NCBI RefSeq assembly: GCF_006345805.1
Contig: NW_021832056.1
Coordinates: forward strand, 1-33,667
DNA: 33,667 nt
From: Octopus sinensis
Taxonomy: Eukaryota
Direction: 5' to 3'
Part shown: piece after piece, positions 22,047-32,574 of the stretch
Position numbering within the stretch: the stretch's first letter is position 1
Layout of the letters: each line of letters starts with the position of its first letter
Notes under the pieces: model-generated
Databases searched by the model: none
The model's input: the letters and a program-made list of their open reading frames with translations, nothing else
What the model was told of the DNA's origin: nothing
Position numbers and translations under genes: made by a program

Positions 22047-22661
22047 CAGGCGGCGAGCTGGCAGAAACGTTAGCACGCCGGGCGAGATGCTTAGCGGTAT
22101 TTCGTCTGCCGTTACGTTCTGAGTTCAAATTCCGCCGAGGTCAACTTTGCCTTTCATCCTTTCGGAGTCGATAAATTAAGTACCAGTTACGCACAGGGGT
22201 CGATGTAATCGACTTAATCCCTTTGTATGTTCTTGTTTGTCCCTTCTATGTTTAGCCCCTTGTGGGTAATAAAGAAATAAGAAACGTTAGCACGCCGGGC
22301 GAAATGCTTAGCGGTATTTCGTCTGCCGTTACGTTCAGAGTTAAAATTCCGCCGAGGTCAACTTCGCCTTTCATCCTTTCGGGATCGATAAATTAAGTAC
22401 CAGATACACTGGGGTCGATGTAATCGACTTGATCCGTTTGTCTGTCCTTGTTTGTCCTCTCTGTGTTTAGCCCCTTGTGGGTAGTAAAGAAATAGGTAAT
22501 TCATCTGCCGCTACGTTCTGAAGTCAAATTCCGCCGAGGTCGACTTTGCCTTTCATCCTTTCGGGGTCGATTAAATAAGTACCAGTTACGCACTGGGTTC
22601 GATATAATCGACTTAATCCGTTTCTCTGTCCTCTCTGTGTTTAGCCCCTTGTAAAGAAATA
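22047..22661 (+). mobile_element. SINE D trimer (duplicate of 19049-19664)
   Basis: Same TSD at 22033-22046 and 22662-22675. Confidence 0.92.
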
Positions 22662-22743
22662 GTTATTAACGTTGCAGGCTTCCAATGAATGGGATTATTG
22701 TTGGCCATGGGAATAATGGTGATGATGGTGATGATGTGGTGAT

Positions 22744-22929
22744 AGACAGACAAACGGATTAAGTCGATTATATCGACCCCAGTGCATAACTGGTACTTAA
22801 TTTATCGACCCCGAAAGGATGAAAGGCAAAGTCGACCTCGGCAGAATTTGAACTCAGAACGTAACGGCAGACGAGATACGGCTACGCATTTCACCCGGCG
22901 TGCTAACGGTTCTGCCATTCGCTGCCTTC
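22744..22929 (-). mobile_element. SINE D monomer (duplicate of 19746-19929)
   Basis: Near-identical sequence. Confidence 0.85.
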
Positions 22930-23109
22930 TTTGGAGGAAATATTGGCCATTTTTCATAGCTTCAAAGGATAAACAAATAGAAAATAACAGATGCTGACCA
23001 AGGACAAAAATCGTGCAGTGTAATGACAAAATCACCAGAGAATGCTAACATTCTATTAACATTATTGTTAATAGAATCATCTATAAAAAAAAGACAACGA
23101 CAACAATAT

Positions 23110-23691
23110 ATTTCTTTACTGCCCACAAGGGGCTAAACATAGAGGGGACAAACAAGGACAGATAAAGAGATTAAGTCGATTACCCCAGTGCGTAACTTGT
23201 ACTTTATTTATCGACCCCGAAAGGATGAAAGGCAAAGTCGACCTCGGCGGAATTTGAGCTCAGAACGTAACGGCAGACGAAATACCTATTTCTTTACTAC
23301 CCACATGGGGCTAAACACAGAGGGGACAAACAAGGACAGATAAAGAGATTAAGTCGATTACCCCAGTGCGTAACTTGTACTTTATTTATCGACCCCGAAA
23401 GGATGAAAGGCAAAGTCGACCTCGGCGGAATTTGAGCTCAGAACGTAACGGCAGACGAAATACCTATTTCTTTACTACCCACATGGGGCTAAACACAGAG
23501 GGGACAAACAAGGACAGATAAAGAGATTAAGTCGATTACCCCAGTGCGTAACTTGTACTTTATTTATCGACCCCGAAAGGATGAAAGGCAAAGTCGACCT
23601 CGGCGGAATTTGAGCTCAGAACGTAATGGCAGACGAAATACGGCTACGCATTTTGGCCGGCGTGCTAACGTTTCTACCAGCTCGCCGCCTT
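23110..23691 (-). mobile_element. SINE D trimer of near-identical 178-bp units
   Basis: Joins tacctatttc at 23283 and 23461; the head ends at ccagctcgccgcct near 23690. Confidence 0.92.
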
Positions 23692-24520
23692 CATCAGCAT
23701 CAACAATAGCAACACAAAATATAACTCGCAACACCCCAAATATCAACAACTCTCTCGCTCGCAAATTGATTTAACAACAGGTTTATTCAAATACATTGTT
23801 GCATTTTGTTTCGTTTTGTTTTTCTTTTTTAGACATTTGTCATTATAATAAGATATTTCGCACAGCTCCTGCTATGTGCTTTTCTGTAAATACATCTCCA
23901 TCGTCCACAATATGTACAACACCGAAATCTGGGTCACTGTCGTAGCTTTACTCACTCAGTCAGATGTCACAGCCGTGAATTATCATCGCCATTACCTCTG
24001 CTCGAGACATTTATAATTTTAAATATTTTCTCTTTACATTCTACTTGAATTTACTGATGTAGAGGAAAATATTTTCTTCTGTTTTATTTTGACTGCAACT
24101 TTTCTGGTTTAAACGTTTAACTCGCTGTTATTCTTTCTCGTTTTCCGTCTTCGTTATTTATAGCTCAAAAACATAAGGTTTCTTCCATTTTTTATCTTTA
24201 ACTTGTTTCGGTCACTGGACTGCGCCCATGCTGGGGCACCGCCTTAGAGGATTTTTTTTTTTTTAGTTGAACAAATCGACCCCAGAACATTTTGTCTTTT
24301 AAATCTACCGGTCACGTTTGCCGAACCTCCATGACACGGGGGGCATAAACAAACCAACACTGGTTGCCAAGAGGTGGAGGAACAAACACAAACACAAGTA
24401 CAACACACACACACACACACACACAACACACAAAAAGGAGCGCGCGAGCGACTCACTTCCACAGAGTCCGTCTATCGAATTCATTTACAAGGCATTTGTC
24501 GACCTGGTATAACAGAAGAC

Positions 24521-25197
24521 GGATCTTTAGCTTTTGACCAACAGATTTAAAAAATAATTTTTTCTAACTAAACACTTTCAAACTTCGGACACTAGTAGAA
24601 TGTGTCATATAAAACATCTTTTACTTTTAGCATTTTTGAGAAAAACTTATATTTACGAAGTTATTTCACGTTAAAGTTCTCGTATTTCGGCAATTTCAAC
24701 CAATCAATGACGTGTATTCGGCTGAATAAAATTACTGCCGTTGTTTGTCAACAACAACTATCGGCAGTGTATTTTTCGTTTGCCACTGTTATTTATGACA
24801 TCGTTCGTGCGTTTGTACTGGTTTTAAGGTTTTAGGGTTAGGGTTAGGGTTTTAGTGTTAGGGTTAGTGTTTTAGGGTTAGGGTTAGGGTTTTAGAGTTA
24901 GGATTTTACGGTTAGGGTTGTCATAAATAACAGTGACAAACGAAATATACACCGCCGGAAATTCTTGTTGACAAACAACAGCAGTAATTTTATTCAGCTG
25001 AATACACGTCATTGATTGGTTGAAATTACGGAAATAAGACAACTTTAACGTGAAATAACTTCATAAATATAAGTTTTTCTCAAAAATGCTAAGAGTAAAA
25101 GATGTTTTATGACACATTCTACCAGTGTCCGAAGTTTGAAAGTGTTTAGCTACAAAAAATTATCTTTTAAATCTGTAGGTCAAAAGGTAAAGATTCC
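24521..25197. mobile_element. Foldback/MITE-like DNA element: ~278-bp TIRs, 7-8-bp TSD, telomeric-repeat loop
   Basis: 24523-24800 is the near-perfect reverse complement of 24919-25194. (c)agaagac is duplicated at 24513-24520 and 25197-25204. No ORF. Confidence 0.88.
24821..24918 (+). repeat. Interstitial degenerate (TTAGGG)n/(TTTTAGGG) array
   Basis: tttagggttagggttagggttttagtgttagggttagtgttttagggttagggttagggtttt...; 8 GGG tracts and a 40-bp higher-order period. Confidence 0.95.
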
Positions 25198-26072
25198 AGA
25201 AGACACCCTTCCGAGGTTCCACGCAGTGGCACTGAGCCCCAAACTACGCATGTTATATTAGACCAACGCTCAGTTACGATATAACATAGCACTGGTCTAT
25301 TGTAGCAGACCTCTGGCCTGTCTTAAATGAGCGCTGTGGCCCGTCGTAACAGAGAGCCGGTCGTAACAGTGTGCTGGTCTGTCGTAACACAGCGCTGTTA
25401 TATAACAAAAAGCTAATCTATCGCAAAATATCGAGGAACTTTTGCAACCGAGCTCTTGGTTTATTGACAGAGCGCGTGTCCAACTCTTTATTGTATCTAA
25501 CGTCGTTTGTAACTGCTTCAATTTCGTATCCTACCCAGCTCGATATGACATTTTACTTCACCAAATGTAATAAATATTGATCTCTGAAATGACACAAGAC
25601 CTCTCTTTTGGTAAGAATATAATTATATCGATATTAGTGAAGTGGTAGCCATCGTCTTCAAAAGTAAATAATCTTGATGAATTTTTTTTTTTTTTACACA
25701 GCACATGAGTAAGCACGTGGAAGAAGATGTGGTTGATTAAATCTATACCAATGATTATTTTGTTTTATCGACTTCGGAAGAATGAAAGGCGAGGTTTACT
25801 TTGGCGAATTTCCAAATTAATATCTAAAGAGGTTTATCGAAATATGGACAAATTGAACAAGCATCCGCTTAAAATATTGGTTTGTCAAATAAATTTGTTC
25901 GTTTTTCCCCCTCTTCGTATGATTGAAAAGTTTTAAAAAATTTATTCCAATTTCAAAAACGATAAACAAAAGTTACAGAGGGAAAATAAAGTTAAATAAA
26001 AGCATGAAACACTGCGATAAAAATATTTTTCGTGTTCATTCAAGTAACTATAATAAAAATAGAAAATAAATG

Positions 26073-26304
26073 TGCCCTTTTAAAGCTTAGCCAGGCTCAT
26101 GGGCCCGGTTTCCTGGTCTGAATGGCGTATGTGTTCCCCAGCAGTCCATCGCAGCGTTATTCCTTTTTGCCAGCTGAGTGGACTGGAGCAACGTGAAATG
26201 AAGTCTTTTGCTCAAGAACACAACATATCACTCGGTCCAGGAATCGAAACTACAATCTTACGATCATGATGCTGACAGCCTAACCACTAAACCACGCGCC
26301 TCCA
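26073..26304 (-). mobile_element. SINE B with tail 3
   Basis: gcccttttaaagcttagccaggctcatgggcccggtttcc...gccagctgagtggactggagcaacgtgaaat...cctaaccactaaaccacgcgcctcca. Confidence 0.88.
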
Positions 26305-26494
26305 CCCAAATAACTATGGAACGGATTAAAATAATTGTGGGAGGGGCTCAAATAAAATTTTTAAAAATCAAGAAAATTGAACGAATTTAACTGACAACCC
26401 AATATTTTAGTGGATCACAATGCGATAATTGATGACATAAGCCCACAATAAACTACTATAGGCTACAAAGATTAAAAAAATGTCTTTATACCTA

Positions 26495-27237
26495 TTTGTT
26501 TACTACCCACAAGGGGCTAAACACAGAGTGGACAAACAAGGACAGACAAACGGATTAAGTCGATTATATCGACCCCAGTGCGTAACTGGTACTTATTTAA
26601 TCGATCTCGGCGGAATTTGAACTCAGAACGTAGCGGCAGACGAAATACCTATTTCTTTACTACCCACAAGGGGCTAAACACAGAGGGGAGAAACAAGGAC
26701 AGACAAACAGATTAAGTCGATTACATCGACCCCAGTGTGTAACTGGTACTTATTTAATCGACCCCGAAAGGATGAAAGGCAAAGTCGACCTCGGCGGAAT
26801 TTGAACTCAGAACGTAGCGGCAGACGAAATACCTATTTCTTTACTACCCACATGGGGCTAAACACAGAGGGGACAAACAAGGACAGACGAACGGATTAAG
26901 TCGATTACATCGACCCCAGTGCTTAACTGGTACTTAATTTATCGACCCCGAAAGGATGAAAGGCAAAGTCGACCTCGGCGGAATTTGAACTCCGAACGTA
27001 GCGGCAGACGAAATACCCATTTCTTTATTACCCACAAGGGGCTAAACATAGAGGGGACAAACAAGGACAGACATAGGTATTAAGTCGATTACATCGACCC
27101 CAGTGCGTAACTGGTACTTAATTTATCGACCCTGAAAGGATGAAAGGCAAAGTCGCCCTCGGCGGAATTTGAACTCAGACGAAATACCGCTAAGCATTTC
27201 GTCCGGCGTGCAAACGTTTCTGCCAGCTCGCCGCCTT
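26495..27237 (-). mobile_element. SINE D tetramer (184-bp period) with 12-bp TSD
   Basis: TSD tctttataccta at 26483-26494 and 27242-27253; joins at 26646, 26830 and 27014. Confidence 0.92.
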
Positions 27238-27309
27238 TCTCTCTTTATACCTAGTCAAAAGAAATGCCTAGTCTCTTATGCTCTCTCAAGTGTGAGTGTA
27301 TCTTTTGTA

Positions 27310-27465
27310 CACTGTTGCAGCTGTTTAGTAAAGACACTCGCTTCACAACGAATTGGCTTCAGGTTCAATCCTACTGCGTAACACTTGCGTGTTTTTCTAT
27401 CATAACTTCAAGTGGATTAAGGATTTGTAAGTAAAATGTGGTTGACAGAAACTATCAAGCCCGTT
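27310..27465 (+). mobile_element. Old diverged SINE C 5' half
   Basis: gtaaagacactcgcttcacaacgaattggcttcaggttcaatcctactgcg...gacagaaactatcaagcccgt. Confidence 0.6.
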
Positions 27466-27560
27466 CCTGTTCGTTTCGTTTAACACTACAGACTTTACTT
27501 TGGATGCCGTTGGAAATTAACTGTTTCATGCAGTTGGAGTGTGCGGTATAAGGATAACCT

Positions 27561-27795
27561 AAGGCGGCGAGCTGGCAGAAACGTTAGCACGCCGGGCGAA
27601 ATGCGTAGCCGTATTTCGTCTGCCGTTACGTTCTGAGTTCAAATTCCACCGATATCGACTTTTCCTTTCATCCTTTCGGGGTCAATTAAATAAGTACCAG
27701 TTACGCACTGGGGTCGATATAATCAACTTAATCCGTTTGTCTGTCCTTGTTTGTCCCCTCTCTGTGTTTAGCCCCTTGTGGGTAGTAAAGAAACA
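27561..27795 (+). mobile_element. Full-length SINE D monomer (tail D1)
   Basis: Imperfect TSD ggtataaggataacct (27545-27560) versus ggtataaggatgcct (27796-27810). Confidence 0.92.
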
Positions 27796-28705
27796 GGTAT
27801 AAGGATGCCTTCTCTTTCTCCCACCGATCTTGGAGGCCCTAAAATTTTGTGGCTGCTACTCTTTATCCTCTGACTAAAATAGGGGCTATATGTTAAGTTT
27901 TAGCTAGAATTTAATACTTTTGCAGAATTCTACTCCATTGGTTTCAATTACAACTATAATGTTTTCGTTCGTTTCTTGGACCAGAATTAACCCTTTTCAT
28001 ACCAGTGGGGCTTCGTTAAAATTTCTTCTATGTTTTGCGAAATGGAAAGCAGTTCTCAGTGGAATGGAACCTGAGATCTGGAGTCGATTACCAAACGAGA
28101 AAACTTGATTTAGAAAGAAAATCATGTTGCAAAAATTCTATAATTTTATTTTTTTCAGAAAGTACGATTATTCATTTCAATTAGTCATTAGATACTTTTC
28201 TCTTAGTAGCGGTAATGGCGATGGTGGTGGTAGTAGCGATAACAGTAGAGGTGGTAGTGATGGTGGTAGTAATGATGATGGTGGAGACACAAAAACAGGC
28301 GTGCGTTATTAGCTCATATAACGTGACTCAAATTGACAGAAAAACCTGAAGGGAGTAAATATGATAAGGGTACATAATGATATATCATACAGTATCATTT
28401 TTCCTGTCAAAAGATAACATATAACTATTTCTATTATTAAATATCCTTACCTTGTCGTTATCACATGTTATCACTAATCTTTTGCTATCACAATAAATAT
28501 TATTATGCAGTTTGCCATATATTTGATAGCACTATATCACGGTCTCTATGGAGACAGTCTGGGATTCATGAGGTGTCATTCCACTTCGCTTACCTCTCCA
28601 ATAGCATTTAGTTTGTCATTTCTCAGTTCCCTTCAGCACCATTTGCCGGTAACCCTTAGAGTAAAATTAATAAATCTAGTTTTATGCTATGTATTACACA
28701 TATTA

Positions 28706-29015
28706 TGGAGGCGCAATGGCCCAGTGGTTAGGGCAGCGGACTCGCGGTCGTAGGATCACGGTTTCGATTCCCAGATCGGGCGTTGTGAGTGTTTATTGAG
28801 CGAAAACACCTAAAAGCTCCACGAGGCTCCGGCAGGTAGGTAGTGGCGATCCCTGCTGTACTCTTTCACCGCAACTTTCTCTCACTCTTTATTCTGTTGG
28901 CCTGCTCGCTTAGCCAGCGGGGTGGCGTCATTCGAAGGCTAAAACAATGCGAAGCGCATTGTGACCAGCGACGTGTAGCAACGTCTGATAGCCTGGTCGG
29001 TCACGTGATCACGTG
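28706..29015 (+). mobile_element. Full-length SINE A with tail 1
   Basis: 11-bp TSD attacacatat at 28693-28703 and 29016-29026. Confidence 0.93.
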
Positions 29016-29118
29016 ATTACACATATAAGTATGTAGAGTTAGTTTCAATATTGTTAGGAATAACTTTACATTTAGAAGTGGAATGTACGATTTCCTGTGA
29101 TTCAGACCGTCTCATGAT

Positions 29119-29274
29119 CCCAGCAGACAAAATGGAAAAGGCGCTGCCCCGGAGGATCGCGAATGAGATGCGATAGAATGACCACTCTGATTCACGGGAC
29201 TTTCACGTGTGGATATCCATCTCCGCTCTGACAGTGCTGAGCAGGGAAACTGTCCCGGGGCTGAGAACGCGTAA
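29119..29274 (-). pseudogene. Probable CRE-clade (restriction-like endonuclease) retrotransposon C-terminal relic
   Basis: My translation is LRVLSPGTVSLLSTVRAEMDIHT*KSRESEWSFYRISFAILRGSAFSILSAG, resembling the CRE-type terminal motif RE..F/WL.QRISxAIxRGNAASIL. Not in the ORF track. Confidence 0.5.
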
Positions 29275-29430
29275 ATCTTTCTTTACGGCTACCATAGAAT
29301 TAATCCCTTTTTTAGTTCATTCTTACGCAAATAGTAGTGGTGGAAATGGAGGCGGCGGCGGCGGCGGCGGCGATGGTCGTACTCACGGTAGGGATCAAGC
29401 TGGAAGTAGACGTGATACTAATGATGTAGG

Positions 29431-29832
29431 TTTTACACTTTTACATGTTTCAGTCATTTGACTGTGGCCATGCTGGAGCACCGCCTTTAGTCGAACAAAT
29501 CGACCCCAGGACTTATTCTTTGTAGGCCTGGTACTTACTCTATCGTCTTTTACCCGAACCGCTAAGTTCCGGGGACATTGGTTGTTAAGCGATGGTGAGA
29601 CGGAAAAAATACAGACACACAAACACACACACACAAACACAAACACACACACACACACATATATATATACGACGGGCTTCTTTTCAGTTTCCATCTACCA
29701 AATCCACTCACAAGGTTTTGGTCAGCCCAAAGCTATAGTAGAAGACACTTTCCCAAGGTGCCATGCAGTAGGACTGAACCAGGAACTATGTGGCTGGTAA
29801 GCAAGCTACTTACCACACAGCCACTCTTGCAC
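29431..29832 (-). mobile_element. Full-length SINE C
   Basis: tgtttcagtcatttgactgtggccatgctggagcaccgcc...cttaccacacagccactc. Confidence 0.9.
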
Positions 29833-30167
29833 ATTAATAATATTGTCGCGATGTGAACGCTAATATTTGTGGTCCTCACTCACAGAAGAGAAAATCATTC
29901 AACTCAAAAGAGGAAACTGATGAAACTGTGATACACTGTTCAGGTCTATGCTACATACATAGAGACATTAGCCATAAAAGATTATTTCTTTAGGCTACGT
30001 AAACAAGGCAATGGTGATGATTAAATAAGGACTACTATCATTGTAACCATTCAAATTATCTCACCGCACCTTCCCTTACAAATTCTTAGTTCAAATCCCA
30101 TTGGAGCTGGAATTGATTGAAATTGTTCTCTATCCTTTCGGGTTTGGTAAAAGGAAGCTTTATTTCG

Positions 30168-30320
30168 TGGACTCACGTATTTGTGCTCAACGATGTTGTT
30201 AAACCTCCATTAACAGCACCCTATGCTGGTCCTTTCCGTTTTCCTTCATGCACGGATAAATTTTTCACTCTAGACCTTCACTACAGACGACACATATACA
30301 GCATTACAAACACGGCCCGC
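30168..30320 (+). pseudogene. Ty3/gypsy integrase C-terminal (GPY/F) relic
   Basis: WTHVFVLNDVVKPPLTAPYAGPFRFPSCTDKFFTLD matches the motif THVFVRxDxVRxPLxPPYxGPFxVxxRxDKxFTL. Confidence 0.8.
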
Positions 30321-30597
30321 ACACCCACCTTCACATTCCATGACTACCATTGGGGTCGAGTAGGTACCGGACAAGGATTCTGGATTCGTTTTCCGGGGTT
30401 TTTTTTACTTAATTTTTGAGAGCGGTTGGGTTCATTTTTAGTATTCTTATTTGCGAGGGCAGTCGAGTTCATCTCTGGCTAATCGTTGAGAGGACATTGG
30501 TGTTGCCCAAGCGGAGGTTTGTGCTCTCTGAGTGCTCTTGTTCTTTTTTATTTTATCATCGCAGTCAGGAAAAGAAGGGCAGCGCCATGAACCGTTA

Positions 30598-30667
30598 TGA
30601 TATGTATGTATGCGTGTGTACGTGTGTGTGTGTCTGTGAGTGTGTGTGCATAGGCATACACACACAC

Positions 30668-30723
<56 letters not shown>

Positions 30724-30800
30724 TGCATGTATGTAAGCATGTATGCATGCCATGTATGTATGTATGTATGTATGTATGTATGTTTGTATGTATGTATGTA
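30598..30800. repeat. Compound TG/TA/TATG microsatellite
   Basis: Direct reading. Confidence 0.93.
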
Positions 30801-31540
30801 TTAGTGGCTACATTACCCAGTCTCTCACTTCCCTATTTTTTACACGCGCTTATGATGTAATTTAAGGAAGATTTCATTGCAATTTGAAGCAAATCGAGCG
30901 ACAGTGAAGAGACATCCTCATTGGTTCAATCTGACAGAAGTTAAAGCAAAGGTTGTTTGAAATTTCACAGGCATATCCAGCAATAAATAAACAGAGGAAG
31001 AAACATGAGACATTGTGCCATCCAAAATGATACATCGTAAACCCTGTATGCATTGGCCCTTCTATAATAAATATGAGGTCTGGGGTATTTTGAACAGCTT
31101 AGTTATTAATTTACTCTTAGTGAAGTCATTCCTAATAATTCATGTTATGTAAACCTTATAGTTTTCAACTCAGGATTGCCGCGTAGGCGCCATAACAATA
31201 TAAGATATTACAACAGGACTACTGCTGAGACAGACGTAGATATACATACACAACCACAAGTTCGTAGGTAAGTATATTTAAACATACGAGACATAAGCAC
31301 ACATTCACAAATATACATCCCCTATATACACGGAGATATTGTAGATATGCATGTATATATAATATATATTATATATATATATATTATATATATATATATA
31401 TCTGTAAAATAATATGGCGACAATTATCCCATAGCCAAAAGCTTCGATGCCGAGGTGGAAATCCACAACACCATCTCTAGGGAGATGTACTTGCATAGCA
31501 TGTGACCTGATCTGAGACCGTGTGCTGGAACGAAAACAAC

Positions 31541-31653
31541 TGCAGCGTGGAAGGTGTTTATAAGCCATTTAAGAAATTAAATTTAAATGTTGAAGTGAAT
31601 CTAACGACTTTTGTGTGTTTCTTAAATGGCTTATAAACACCTACCACGCTGCA
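31541..31653. repeat. Inverted repeat: 36-bp arms (35/36), 41-nt loop
   Basis: tgcagcgtggaaggtgtttataagccatttaagaaa ... tttcttaaatggcttataaacacctaccacgctgca. Confidence 0.92.
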
Positions 31654-31665
31654 ATTGTGATATAC

Positions 31666-31726
<61 letters not shown>

Positions 31727-31758
31727 CATATACACATATATATATGTATATATATATA

Positions 31759-32163
31759 TTCTTTTATTCTTTTACTTGTTTCAGTCATTTGACTGTGGCC
31801 ATGCTGGAGCACCACTTTAAATCGACCGAATCAACCCCAGGACTTATTCTTTGTAGGCCTAGTACTTATTCTATCGGTTTCTTTTAACGAAGCACTAAGT
31901 TACGGGGACATAAACACGCCAAAATCTGTTGTCAAGTGATGGTGGGGTGATGACAAATGCAGATACACAAATACATACATATATATGTATGTATGTATGT
32001 ATATACGACAGGCTTCTTTTAGTTTCCGTCTACCAAATCCACTCACAAGGCTTTGGTCGGTCCGAGGCTATAGTAGGAGACACATGCCCAAGGTGCTACG
32101 CAGTGGGACTGAACCCGGAACCATGTGGCTGAGAAACAAGCTTCTTACCACGCGGCCACTCAC
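31759..32163 (-). mobile_element. Full-length SINE C
   Basis: cttttacttgtttcagtcatttgactgtggcc...gggactgaacccggaaccatgtgg...cggccactc. Confidence 0.9.
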
Positions 32164-32317
32164 TTAGGCATTACGAGATTAATAACCCACTGTAGAACTC
32201 AATATACAAACTACATACGCACATATGTATGTTTGATCAGTGTAGAGGAATAAGAAGAGGAGGAGATGACACAGGAAAAACAATGGTAATGGGTAGCATA
32301 ACTTTATTACCTTACAG

Positions 32318-32514
32318 CTGTTTCTGAGGTAAGATGCTGCAGACTTTTAGTTGAGTGTTTGAATAGCATTATACAGTTTTATCGGAGCCTCGAGTATGAA
32401 GTGCAATTTATTTTGGAAAAAGAATTGAATTACATTCGTGCACTGTACAGAGAAGGCATTACCAGTGAGAAAGCCATTACTGCATATAAAAAAATACGTG
32501 TGTATGCCCTAAAG
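32318..32514 (+). CDS. Candidate internal coding exon of an unidentified gene
   Basis: Acceptor-like ttattaccttacag ends at 32317. Open frame VSEVRCCRLLVECLNSIIQFYRSLEYEVQFILEKELNYIRALYREGITSEKAITAYKKIRVYALK; non-repetitive and helical-looking. Donor uncertain (AAG|gcaatt). Confidence 0.3.
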
Positions 32515-32574
32515 GCAATTAGTTTTACAAGTAGAAAAAATAGAGAAAACATAAGTATATTATACAAATGCACA

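Larger units (their letters stand above)
17800..23640. repeat. ~3.0-kb tandem duplication (unique cores 18239-20110 and 21253-23110)
   Basis: Offsets 3014 (18241/21255) and 2999 (19921/22920); twin ORFs 18029/21043 and 18927/21925. The junction lies within the D array at about 20620-20650. Confidence 0.93.
24190..25250 (-). mobile_element. Diverged SINE C split by the foldback element
   Basis: ...caaggcatttgtcgacctggtataacagaagac [insert] acccttccgaggttccacgcagtggcactgagccc is continuous with the C consensus gctatagtagaagacacttgcccaaggtgccac. Confidence 0.8.

Noticed and set aside
18029-23774. Recurrent ORFs such as RPRKDERQSRPRRNL and RRGRLCLSSFRG
   Set aside because: Translations of SINE-D, repeated because the SINE is repeated; not a gene family.
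24821-24918. True chromosome end or fusion scar
   Set aside because: The array is short, degenerate, in one orientation only, and enclosed by TIRs and a TSD.
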